Positions 18,061-26,346 of a stretch of 31,379 bases of DNA are shown piece after piece. This DNA is from a virus. Lineage: Duplodnaviria > Caudoviricetes. Location of the stretch: positions 1 through 31,379 of IMG/VR virus record IMGVR_UViG_3300027887_000037; one strand, given 5' to 3'. The notes under the pieces are model-generated. The model worked only from the letters and a program-made list of their open reading frames with translations. It was not told where the DNA came from and made no database searches. Made by a program: the position numbers and the translations under genes. Every line of letters starts with the position of its first letter. Position 1 is the stretch's first letter.

Positions 18061-19959
18061 TTATAAATTATTTAAAACTACTACGTTATTTTCAGAATTT
18101 AAATTTTTGTTTGTGTAACCTCTTACTTGAATATTTAATGTAGATAATTTACTTTTTGCCAAACTATCTTCATAATAAACACCGCTTTCATTTTCAAATC
18201 CTCCTCTAATTAAAGGATACACATCTTTTATTGCAACTTCATTTCCAAATGCATCTTTAACAAATCTTTCAAGTATTATATCTCCGTAATCATCAATTCC
18301 ATAATGAGTTTTGTAAATCTTGAGATTATTTTTATCTGCATCAAACCAAACATTTACAGAGTCAACGCCATCAATTTGTTCGATTATTTTAATTAGGTCT
18401 GAAACTGGAATTCTATCTCTACGCGTATTTTGTGAGAAATATTGAGATGTTTTTGAAATTATGTCTTGTCTTACTGTATCATATGCAGTGCCTTCCCAAA
18501 GTATTAAAGACATATTTAAAACAAATCTAGGAAATTGCAAATCTAATATTACATTATCAACTGTTAGTATTCTTTGGCCGCTTTGTTCTATTAAATCCAA
18601 TATTGCTATTTTTTCACTATTAGATAAAGAAAATACAGATTGATTGCATGAATAATAATTTTCTCCAGATGATAATCTTTTATTGATATCGGGCACTAAA
18701 AACAAATAAACTGTATTATCATCTTTCTTCTGCTCTTCTAATTTTTGTTGATAATAATATAACTGTTGTTGAGCATTATCAAGTTCAGTCTTTTTTGTAA
18801 TTGCACCTGTAGAAGAAGTGCCATATGTAGCTGTTAGAGTTCTATATTCTGCACTTACTTGTTCATAAGTTGTTTTAGCTTGATTGTATTTGTCTAATGT
18901 ATATTGATCTTCAAATGTTGCAAATCCAGGAATAGCATCAATAATTGTAAACATATTTAATTTTCGTAAAAAATAAATATAATTGTTTTCATTTGCTAAA
19001 ACAAAACTTCTTGACATTTCTGGTGCTAATAATCTCGTTAAGTAAAGAGGTTCTTCAATAGCGCCAAACATGATTTCATTTTTTACAGAAATATTAATAT
19101 AAGCATTTAGATCTATTTCTTCTCCATTTAGTGCATAACCACTAGTTAAAAATTTCCACGAGCCTTTAATATTTGCGTTAGCCGTATTTAAATTTCCTGT
19201 TTCGCCATCAGTTATTAAATATTCAACTAATATAGTAGATCCCATACGAGGAACTTGCCCATTATATCCATTGCCAAAAAATAAATCTATTCCACCCGTT
19301 TGACCTGTTTTTACTATGCATGCCTGTTCATCAAATGGCATATCTAAAATAGAATCTACTAATGTCCATTTAACTCCATCTACAAAAACATTTATGTAAT
19401 AATTATCAATAGCTGCGCCTTTTTTATTTTGAAAATTATATGATTGTAATGGATCACCTGTTCCAGTTGCTTGTTGATATTCTATTGTGCCTTGAATAAT
19501 GTTAGCTTCAAGATAGTTTGTAATACTTGTTATGTCTAATCTTATTTCTTCACCAGGTAATATAATTGTGTACGTTAAACCATTTTGATTACAACTTACC
19601 TTAGTATAATTAGGAATAGTCACTACGTTAGCGTATGCTGGACGCTTTTTACCATTATACACAAGAATCAAAGTTCCTCTAGCAGCCATAGCTCTAGAAG
19701 GATTATGACCTGTTAAAACAGCTAGTCCTTTGATACTTTGAGGTCTTGATGCAGTTTTTATATTTAATTCGGTAATTGAGTCTTCAATATAAAAAAGAAT
19801 CATTCGTCCATACTGCAACATTACTTGAAGCAATTGCCCCATTGGAGATGCCATAGAAAAGTATTGTTCAAAATCTCCGTATGTGGTTTTAATAAATTGT
19901 ATCGAGTCATAATACAATTCTGAAAAACGAATTCTTGTACTCTCAAATATTTTATTCAT
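18061..19959 (-). CDS. Baseplate wedge subunit (T4 gp6 / baseplate J-like)
   Basis: 'ELNIKTASRPQSIKGLAVLTGHNPSRAMAARG', 'LFFGNGYNGQVP..GS.I.VEYLITDGETGN', 'SDLIKIIEQIDGVDSVNV'; follows the gp25-like gene. Confidence 0.85.
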   Translation of the reverse strand: MNKIFESTRIRFSELYYDSIQFIKTTYGDFEQYFSMASPMGQLLQVMLQYGRMILFYIEDSITELNIKTASRPQSIKGLAVLTGHNPSRAMAARGTLILVYNGKKRPAYANVVTIPNYTKVSCNQNGLTYTIILPGEEIRLDITSITNYLEANIIQGTIEYQQATGTGDPLQSYNFQNKKGAAIDNYYINVFVDGVKWTLVDSILDMPFDEQACIVKTGQTGGIDLFFGNGYNGQVPRMGSTILVEYLITDGETGNLNTANANIKGSWKFLTSGYALNGEEIDLNAYINISVKNEIMFGAIEEPLYLTRLLAPEMSRSFVLANENNYIYFLRKLNMFTIIDAIPGFATFEDQYTLDKYNQAKTTYEQVSAEYRTLTATYGTSSTGAITKKTELDNAQQQLYYYQQKLEEQKKDDNTVYLFLVPDINKRLSSGENYYSCNQSVFSLSNSEKIAILDLIEQSGQRILTVDNVILDLQFPRFVLNMSLILWEGTAYDTVRQDIISKTSQYFSQNTRRDRIPVSDLIKIIEQIDGVDSVNVWFDADKNNLKIYKTHYGIDDYGDIILERFVKDAFGNEVAIKDVYPLIRGGFENESGVYYEDSLAKSKLSTLNIQVRGYTNKNLNSENNVVVLNNL

Positions 19960-19971
19960 TTTATATCATTA

Positions 19972-20334
19972 TTATTTTACTAATATGCCTATTGTTCGTT
20001 GATCATTAATATAAATATCTATAATGGCATAATCGTAGTCGTCTGCTCTTCCAAAAGAAACCTGCGGAGTAATTTTAAAATCTGCCGATTCAGATATGTA
20101 TTGATTAAATTGTGATTTTATCTTTTCTTCAAGTTGTGTCTTATTTACTCTTGTTTCAAAAATCAAATCTTCTATGCCTACACCGAAGTTTAAGTCCCCG
20201 AAAACCATCCCCTGTCTTGTTCCCAATATCATTTTTACTTTAGTAATAATGGATTCTATAGGATCAGAATGTTCAAGTACTCCATATCTATAATTAGGAT
20301 CCTCTGGATTACGAGTATATAATTCTTTGATCAT
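19972..20334 (-). CDS. Baseplate wedge/sheath initiator (gp25/GPW-like)
   Basis: 'I..KVKMILGTRQGMVFGDLNFGVGIEDLIFE' matches the gp25 pattern (IL.T..GER...P.FG..L...LFE). Confidence 0.8.
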   Translation of the reverse strand: MIKELYTRNPEDPNYRYGVLEHSDPIESIITKVKMILGTRQGMVFGDLNFGVGIEDLIFETRVNKTQLEEKIKSQFNQYISESADFKITPQVSFGRADDYDYAIIDIYINDQRTIGILVK

Positions 20335-20340
20335 GCACTT

Positions 20341-20355
20341 TTTATTTTATATATC
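20341..20355 (-). promoter_or_regulatory. Putative late-promoter motif GATATATAAAATAAA heading the baseplate operon
   Basis: Lies between a terminator and the ATG at 20334; the ATATATAAAATAAA 14-mer is shared with copies at 25573-25588 and 27675-27689. Confidence 0.6.
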
Positions 20356-20361
20356 TTTTAT

Positions 20362-20388
20362 AAAACGAAAGGGAGACATTCTCCCTTT
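20362..20388 (-). terminator. Intrinsic terminator
   Basis: Minus strand AAAGGGAGA-atg-TCTCCCTTT-cgTTTT just after the stop at 20401. Confidence 0.75.
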
Positions 20389-20400
20389 AATTTATTTTAT

Positions 20401-21408
20401 TCATTTTTTTCGAAGTTCGGCTTCCTTTTTATTTGAGTACTCATGAGCCTTACTATAACTCCATTTTTTATATTTCATAAGGTTTCTTTCAATAAACTCA
20501 TGTTGTATAATAGCCTGTATTTCTTCTGGTTTTGATTTAAATGCATCATCTACCCAAATTTCATCTTCAGGAATGAATTTCTTATAACCTGGATAGCTAT
20601 CGACATAATGATGTCCGCCTTCAACAAATTCTTTGAATCCTAATCCAGGATCTGTTGCTTTAACATAACTACCATTTACTAAACAAATTTTAACAGGTTT
20701 TTTTCTGGCATCATTAAAACTGTTAATTATTTTCTTTTTTAAACCTAAATTTTTATTATCATTAATATATTGTGTTTTTTGTTCAAGTTCTTTTCGTTTA
20801 TCAAAAGATTCACCTAAAAACTGCGATGAATTTTTAGTATGAAACTTATATTGTGGATTTTTTCTTTTAGCAGCATTAAAAAATGGTACAAAATATTTTG
20901 CAGCGATTTTAATATCAGGCATATTCCATTTTTTCTTATATTCACCATTATTATAATCAGGATCTATAATTTCTTGTGATTCACCAATTACGAATTCATT
21001 TTTATTTGGAACACGTTGAATAGTTACGAAATTTTTAGGAATTTTATGATGCCAATTTTCGTCATATTTTAATTCGCCCTTTTTTGCTAATGCTTCTATT
21101 ATTTCTGAATGTGTAAAGAAATTAAATGTTATGAGATATAAATCACCATTTTTATTAATCACTCCTTTAGCTACATCTTGAATTCCTTTTAGAGTTTTTG
21201 GATTTTTAACTATATAAACTCTTTCATTAAATTTATGCACTATTTCGCCTTTATTTGAACCTGAATATTCTTCTGGAGCAATTGTATTTATTTTTTTAAC
21301 TGCTTTTATTTTTTTATCTTCAATTGAATCTTCTTGAGGTATATGAAACAGCCTTTCAGCATATACATCAGCTACTCCCTTATATAAAGATTCTTTAACA
21401 AGTTTCAT
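20401..21408 (-). CDS. Two-domain hypothetical protein; C-terminal zincin-like domain (HExxE...H)
   Basis: Starts MKLVKESL (short form of the shared leader); C-terminal 'FVEGGHHYV...IPEDEIWVD...IIQHEFIERNLM....SYSKAHE'. Confidence 0.6.
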   Translation of the reverse strand: MKLVKESLYKGVADVYAERLFHIPQEDSIEDKKIKAVKKINTIAPEEYSGSNKGEIVHKFNERVYIVKNPKTLKGIQDVAKGVINKNGDLYLITFNFFTHSEIIEALAKKGELKYDENWHHKIPKNFVTIQRVPNKNEFVIGESQEIIDPDYNNGEYKKKWNMPDIKIAAKYFVPFFNAAKRKNPQYKFHTKNSSQFLGESFDKRKELEQKTQYINDNKNLGLKKKIINSFNDARKKPVKICLVNGSYVKATDPGLGFKEFVEGGHHYVDSYPGYKKFIPEDEIWVDDAFKSKPEEIQAIIQHEFIERNLMKYKKWSYSKAHEYSNKKEAELRKK

Positions 21409-22019
21409 TATAACACAACTAATTTTTTTGTATTTTTTCCCTTTAATGAATTAGATAATTTTATTTTTCGTAATTCTTTTCTTCTATCGGCTTCTTCTTT
21501 ACCGTATTTTTTAACCCATAAATCATATACAGAAATACCATACATGCCATTTCTTTCGTTTGCAGTGCATTCACATTTTTTACCTTTATTCCAAGCGGGT
21601 TGTCCTAAATGAGATTCTGATTCATGTTTTTTTCGCTCTTCAGTATGTTTTACACCTAAAAGAGAATTGCGTGTTTTTTGTTTTGATTCTTCTTTATGTT
21701 TGCATCCTCCCATATGAAATCCTAATTTTGTATTCGGTAAATATCGATTATATCCATTGGGTGTTAATGTCTTATATTTTAAAATAAAATTACCTTCGCC
21801 ATTTAACATAGAATTTTTATCATTATAATATTCCAATATTTCTTTTTTAAAATTATCAAAACCATAAATTTTATATTCTTCATTTAAATATTTGCTTGAC
21901 CCCCAATATCCATCATTATTAGGATCATCTTTGTAACACATTTTACTACCAATATAACACTTATTTAAAATTTTATTAGTAATTATATAAACATAATAAT
22001 ATTTAGGTAAGTTATTCAT
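21408..22019 (-). CDS. Free-standing GIY-YIG homing endonuclease with NUMOD3-type DNA-binding repeats
   Basis: 'YYVYIITNKILNKCYIGS', 'YWGSS', 'FKKEILE', 'PNGYN', then 'KHTEERK', 'PAWNKGK', 'NGMYG'. Confidence 0.85.
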   Translation of the reverse strand: MNNLPKYYYVYIITNKILNKCYIGSKMCYKDDPNNDGYWGSSKYLNEEYKIYGFDNFKKEILEYYNDKNSMLNGEGNFILKYKTLTPNGYNRYLPNTKLGFHMGGCKHKEESKQKTRNSLLGVKHTEERKKHESESHLGQPAWNKGKKCECTANERNGMYGISVYDLWVKKYGKEEADRRKELRKIKLSNSLKGKNTKKLVVL

Positions 22020-22025
22020 TTATAA

Positions 22026-22760
22026 TTAATTAAATATCATCATCCAATCAGCTGGTGAGTCGGTCTTAATTTTATCTTTAAGTTCTTTTAATTCTTCTTG
22101 TCCTTCTGTTCGTATATCATTATAATTTATTTGAACTCCACCTATAAGTGTATAATTAAATGTTCCTATAATTCTTGCCAATTGTATCTTGGCTTTTGCA
22201 ATAACCCATTTTATAAATACAGGATCTTCATATAAATCTTCATCGGGTATAACATTTAATGTTGTTACCCAAAGTGATTCTACTGGATCTCTTCCTGTTA
22301 TTATCAATCTATGAGTGTTGACACTAAAATGGTGATTAATATCTTTTAAATTAAACTGTTTTGCCAAATCCCAAAAACTCCATTGAATTGTACGATAAGT
22401 AATCTGATCTGAAGAAAGAGGAGTTAAGTAAAGATCTGCTGCCATCAATCTATCAAATGACATATCAGGATCATGAATACCAAAAACTCTTTGTCCTGAA
22501 GTCATTTCAACCACCCATTTAACTGCCATAACACATTCTGGTAATTGAAATGTTCTTGTATTGTGCCATTCTTGCGTAGTATAATATCTTTTATCTAACA
22601 CATACCATGCATCCTGAACTGCATCACGATATTCGCGTTGCATCCATTTTTTCTCGAGATTTATAATTCTCTCTATTTCTAATGGAGGAACAGAAAATGG
22701 AATACTATAAGTTGCAGTTATTTCACCGTTCACATATTCTATAAGTTCTTGTTTAGTCAT
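22026..22760 (-). CDS. Neck / head-completion protein (T4 gp13-like)
   Basis: N-terminal 'MTKQELIEYV'; C-terminal 'KWVIAKAKIQLARIIGTFNYTLIGGVQINYNDIRTEGQEELKELKDKI' parallels the gp13 'LPGGVTIDG..L..EA..E...L' motif. Confidence 0.8.
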   Translation of the reverse strand: MTKQELIEYVNGEITATYSIPFSVPPLEIERIINLEKKWMQREYRDAVQDAWYVLDKRYYTTQEWHNTRTFQLPECVMAVKWVVEMTSGQRVFGIHDPDMSFDRLMAADLYLTPLSSDQITYRTIQWSFWDLAKQFNLKDINHHFSVNTHRLIITGRDPVESLWVTTLNVIPDEDLYEDPVFIKWVIAKAKIQLARIIGTFNYTLIGGVQINYNDIRTEGQEELKELKDKIKTDSPADWMMIFN

Positions 22761-23050
22761 AATATTTTTAATCTATTTTTATTTACTTTTATTCTTCCAA
22801 GTTCATCATCATTAATTATAGATATTGGATCTAAAAATAATGATAATGCTGACCATTCACCTCTAAACATAGTGTCTCTTATATATGTTCCATAATGAGT
22901 ATTTCCTTCATTATCTAAATATTTAACTCGTGTGTTACTTTTTATAATATGAGGCTTTGAAAAAGGAGAATTATTATGAGTTCCTATTGTCATATCTTTA
23001 ATAGGATCAGATTGTTCTTCAAACTTTTCATTTATCAATTTAGCTCTCAT
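22757..23050 (-). CDS. Hypothetical protein with the shared leader
   Basis: Start moved to 23050 (MRAKLINEKFEEQSDPIKDMTIG); ATGA overlap with the upstream endonuclease; ATATATAA motif at 23055-23063. Confidence 0.7.
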   Translation of the reverse strand: MRAKLINEKFEEQSDPIKDMTIGTHNNSPFSKPHIIKSNTRVKYLDNEGNTHYGTYIRDTMFRGEWSALSLFLDPISIINDDELGRIKVNKNRLKIL

Positions 23051-23823
23051 AATTTTATATATGTTAATTTCCTTCCTTTTACCCAATCATTTTGTATCCA
23101 TGTGTTTAATTCTGTTTTTAAAACTGTTTTAGTTTCATTTTCTTTCGTTATCCAAACTTTTCCAACTTGCCCATTTAATGATCCAACATTTTTTCCTTTC
23201 ATAGATTCACTTTTTTTATTTTTTGTTTTTTCTGAATCTTTAATTCCTATATGAGCAATAGACATATGTTGGCAAATTTCCGAAGAATGTACTCTACCCT
23301 TATTTTTTCCTTTCATAGATTCGCTTCGTTTCTTTTTTGTTTCTTCAGATTGTTTTTTGCCCAGTTGTCTTTCACTTTGTTTTCTATTTTGTTCTTCAGT
23401 ATGTTTCTTTCCTTTATTTTTTCCTTTTAATTTTTTACTTCTATTTAATCGTTGTTCTGGTGTTAAGTTTAATTTTACTCCTAACTTTTTTCTTCTTATT
23501 TTTTCCTTTGATTCTTCTGATAGATAACCTCCATTAGTTCCGTGTCCGCCGCTAGGACTTATATTATATCCATTTGGTGTTAATGTATTGCATTCTTTAA
23601 TATATTTTTCTTGAGCATCAAATGCTTCTTGTTTTGTTATAAAAAACTCAAGTATTTCACGATAAAAATTTTCTTTACCATATTTTTTAATAGCTTTATA
23701 TATTAAATCACCACTTCCCATATAATAAATATCTTTTTCAATATTATTTGTAGAATGATCTCCTATATATTGTTTTTTATTTATTAAATTAGTTGTAATA
23801 TAAATAAAATTATATTTTTCCAT
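23047..23823 (-). CDS. Free-standing GIY-YIG homing endonuclease (Seg-like) with several NUMOD3 repeats
   Basis: Start moved to 23823 (TAAtATG coupling): 'FIYITTNLINKKQYIGDH', 'YMGSG', 'AIKKYGKENFYREILE', 'PNGYNISP.GG'; 'HTEEQ', 'QSEETK', 'SESMKGKN' twice. Confidence 0.88.
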   Translation of the reverse strand: MEKYNFIYITTNLINKKQYIGDHSTNNIEKDIYYMGSGDLIYKAIKKYGKENFYREILEFFITKQEAFDAQEKYIKECNTLTPNGYNISPSGGHGTNGGYLSEESKEKIRRKKLGVKLNLTPEQRLNRSKKLKGKNKGKKHTEEQNRKQSERQLGKKQSEETKKKRSESMKGKNKGRVHSSEICQHMSIAHIGIKDSEKTKNKKSESMKGKNVGSLNGQVGKVWITKENETKTVLKTELNTWIQNDWVKGRKLTYIKL

Positions 23824-23824
23824 A

Positions 23825-25267
23825 TTAAGTATTGTTAGATTTAATATATTTATTTCGATCATATAGATTTTGAAAACCCTGATCATTATTATTATTTCTT
23901 ATAGATTTTAGATACGAATAATCTCGTATCTCTTCAACTTGAACTGCATCTGTTTTCTTTGGAAGAGGTTGTTTACCCACTATGAGTGTACTATTTTCAT
24001 CTAGTGTTATATTTCTTCCTGGCGTTGCAAATTTAACAACACTCTTAACAACAGGACAATTAACTATTTCTTCATTGTTAACAATATAAGAATTTATAAC
24101 TTCATTTTGTTTATTAATTGTAGCACCTTCAAGATAAGAATTGATTATTTTATTGCCTTCAACAAACTTTGAATTATATGCTCGGGAATTAACAACATTG
24201 CAGCCTTTAAACATGCAATTTTCCATAACTGCTGTTATTTCACATTTATCAAAGTCTACATTTTTTAATAGAGTTCCACCGATGTATCCTTTTCTTAATT
24301 GAACTCTACCTAACTGTGTATCATAATTAAATATGCCTTTTCTTAAACCACCGTTTAATATCATTTCAAATAAAGGTTTTCTTACACTGTTCCAATAGGT
24401 TTTTAATGTTTGATTTGATGTTTTTAAATCTACATACACTTTTATTTCAGGAAATTCTCTTAAAAAAATTTCAGGATTTATATAAGACATTTGAATTTTT
24501 CCAAAGTCTTCAGTAATTCTTTTCATTTCATCTATCTCAAATGAATCATATTCTTCTTCATTTAAGCTTTGATAAGCTTTAATAACAAAATACTCAAGTA
24601 TGTCTTTTATCTCTTTTGATTTTTTAGGATAATCCTTTCCACCAACATAGTTACATTCAAGTATGCCTCTTGTATATTCTGAAAAATCTATTCCATAATA
24701 TCCAGCAGCAGGAAGTGTAAGTATGTTATCAATATTTTTTGCGATTTCTTTTTCGTTTATGTAAGTTGCTATAGGTGTAAGTGATTTAATAGAAAGTGCA
24801 TAAGGTGAATGCTTTTGTTCCGGAAATCTTGAATACACAAAGTTTTCATCAAATTTCAATACTAATCTTGTAGGATTCATAATAGAAATAGTTGAAAGTG
24901 TTTCAAGATGACGGTGATTAAAAGAAATAGACATCTTTAATTTCGTATCGTGTGAAGTTTCGGCACTTTCAGATAACCAAGCTGTAATGCTATCGATCAA
25001 AGGAATCATTGAATGATAGTTCTGATTAGCAAGTGAGAGTTGATAACGAGATCTTTTTGCTTCATATTCTTTTACTAATATAGCTTGTGAATATGTTGGA
25101 ACATATCTTTTTTCATTTGTCAATACAATGTTCTTTGCTGTACGATTCATTAAATCAGATACAATGAAATTTGATTCTTTTGTTGAATAAAATTCAAAAA
25201 TTAATCCAGCGTCAGTGAAATTTAGAACTTCTTGAACTGAATAGTGTTTACTTTTTCTCGTATTCAT
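23825..25267 (-). CDS. Putative amidoligase-fold (COOH-NH2 ligase) protein with degenerate catalytic motifs and a C-terminal beta-helix-like repeat
   Basis: Motif order 'GLIFEFYS ... KLKMSISF ... YYGIDF....GILECNYVGGKDY' follows GxExE / HxH / KY..N / EFR of Amidoligase_2. Alternative start at 25282. Confidence 0.5.
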   Translation of the reverse strand: MNTRKSKHYSVQEVLNFTDAGLIFEFYSTKESNFIVSDLMNRTAKNIVLTNEKRYVPTYSQAILVKEYEAKRSRYQLSLANQNYHSMIPLIDSITAWLSESAETSHDTKLKMSISFNHRHLETLSTISIMNPTRLVLKFDENFVYSRFPEQKHSPYALSIKSLTPIATYINEKEIAKNIDNILTLPAAGYYGIDFSEYTRGILECNYVGGKDYPKKSKEIKDILEYFVIKAYQSLNEEEYDSFEIDEMKRITEDFGKIQMSYINPEIFLREFPEIKVYVDLKTSNQTLKTYWNSVRKPLFEMILNGGLRKGIFNYDTQLGRVQLRKGYIGGTLLKNVDFDKCEITAVMENCMFKGCNVVNSRAYNSKFVEGNKIINSYLEGATINKQNEVINSYIVNNEEIVNCPVVKSVVKFATPGRNITLDENSTLIVGKQPLPKKTDAVQVEEIRDYSYLKSIRNNNNDQGFQNLYDRNKYIKSNNT

Positions 25268-25268
25268 A

Positions 25269-25562
25269 TTATTCTTCTTCATTTTTATGTTGACGCCAGG
25301 CTCCTAAAGAATCATCGGCCCATTCTATTTGATAATCTAATGGTGTGTATTTCATAACATCAATTATCATTTCAATTAAATCTTGTGGTCTATTTAAATC
25401 TATCATTACATCATAAAACCATTGCCAGTATTCATCAGAATCATATCCTTCTTGCTTTAGAGTCTTTTCGACATAATCTTCATAATCCTTTATTCCGACG
25501 TTCATATCTTTGACAGGATCAGATTCTTCTTTAAAATCTTCATTTATGAATTTGGCTCTCAT
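25269..25562 (-). CDS. Acidic hypothetical protein with the shared leader
   Basis: MRAKFINEDFKEESDPVKDMNVG followed by a D/E/W-rich helical body. Confidence 0.75.
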   Translation of the reverse strand: MRAKFINEDFKEESDPVKDMNVGIKDYEDYVEKTLKQEGYDSDEYWQWFYDVMIDLNRPQDLIEMIIDVMKYTPLDYQIEWADDSLGAWRQHKNEEE

Positions 25563-25572
25563 AATTTATGCA

Positions 25573-25588
25573 TTTATTTTATATATTC
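25573..25588 (-). promoter_or_regulatory. Putative promoter motif GAATATATAAAATAAA
   Basis: Directly downstream of a terminator and 10 nt before the ATG at 25562; same arrangement as at 20341-20388. Confidence 0.6.
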
Positions 25589-25591
25589 AAC

Positions 25592-25614
25592 AAAAAAGGA
25601 GCACATAGGCTCCT
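25592..25614 (-). terminator. Intrinsic terminator
   Basis: Minus strand AGGAGC-ctatgt-GCTCCT-TTTTT after the stop at 25621. Confidence 0.75.
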
Positions 25615-25620
25615 CTTCTT

Positions 25621-26235
25621 TTATTGTTTTTTATTTAAAAGAGTTTGTCTTATTTTATCTTTTGTTTCTTGTGTATGTGGGTTTCTTTTCATTCCAGTTC
25701 TACTTTTACTCATTTTATCTTTTGTTTCTTGAGATAATTTTTTTCCAAACATTGGATTATTTTCTCCTAAATTTGCTAATCTTAATTTTTTTCGTGTTTC
25801 TTTAGATACAATATGACCTTGTGTAGTGTTACTTTGTTTTAATTTACTTTCTTCTGATCGTTTAATACCTAATAATGCAATTTTATTAGCTTTACCAATT
25901 TTTCTTTTAGTTTCTTCATAATGTTTATACCAACCTTTAACCCCGTACCCACCTTTAGGACTAATATTATATCCATTAGGAGCTAACGTTTTATATTTAA
26001 TAATATATTTTTCTTGAGCACTAAATGCTTTTTGTTTTGTACCAAAAAATTCAAGTATTTCTCTTTTAAAATTATTTTTTCCATATTCATTTAATGCATT
26101 TTTAAAATATTTTCCACTTCCAATGTAGTGTTTGGTTTTCCATGAATCTACATTATTAGTAGAATGATCACCTATGTACTGTTTACCATTTATTAAATTT
26201 GTTGTAATATAAACAAAATGAAATTTTTTTTCCAT
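25621..26235 (-). CDS. Free-standing GIY-YIG homing endonuclease with NUMOD3 repeats (close paralogue of 23047..23823)
   Basis: 'FVYITTNLINGKQYIGDHSTNN', 'YIGSG', 'FKREILE', 'PNGYNISPKGG', 'GENNPMFGKKLSQETKDKMS'. Confidence 0.88.
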   Translation of the reverse strand: MEKKFHFVYITTNLINGKQYIGDHSTNNVDSWKTKHYIGSGKYFKNALNEYGKNNFKREILEFFGTKQKAFSAQEKYIIKYKTLAPNGYNISPKGGYGVKGWYKHYEETKRKIGKANKIALLGIKRSEESKLKQSNTTQGHIVSKETRKKLRLANLGENNPMFGKKLSQETKDKMSKSRTGMKRNPHTQETKDKIRQTLLNKKQ

Positions 26236-26346
26236 GATTCTTATCCTTTATTTTAAAATATATAGATTATAGTAGGACAGCATTTTCTTATCCTTATGTT
26301 GATTAATGCTGGATACATTAATCTAACTACTATATTTTATATATTC
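26236..26346 (-). promoter_or_regulatory. Structured leader: promoter motif, nested inverted repeats, duplicated AAGGATAAGAA and an 11-codon uORF
   Basis: GAATATATAA at 26337-26346; IRs 26268-26275/26327-26334 and 26301-26308/26316-26323; direct repeat 26238-26248/26285-26295. Confidence 0.5.

Noticed and set aside
21408-26235. Group I introns or inteins housing the endonucleases
   Set aside because: Flanking genes look complete, and spacers of 0-110 nt leave no room for a ribozyme core; no intein motifs were seen.
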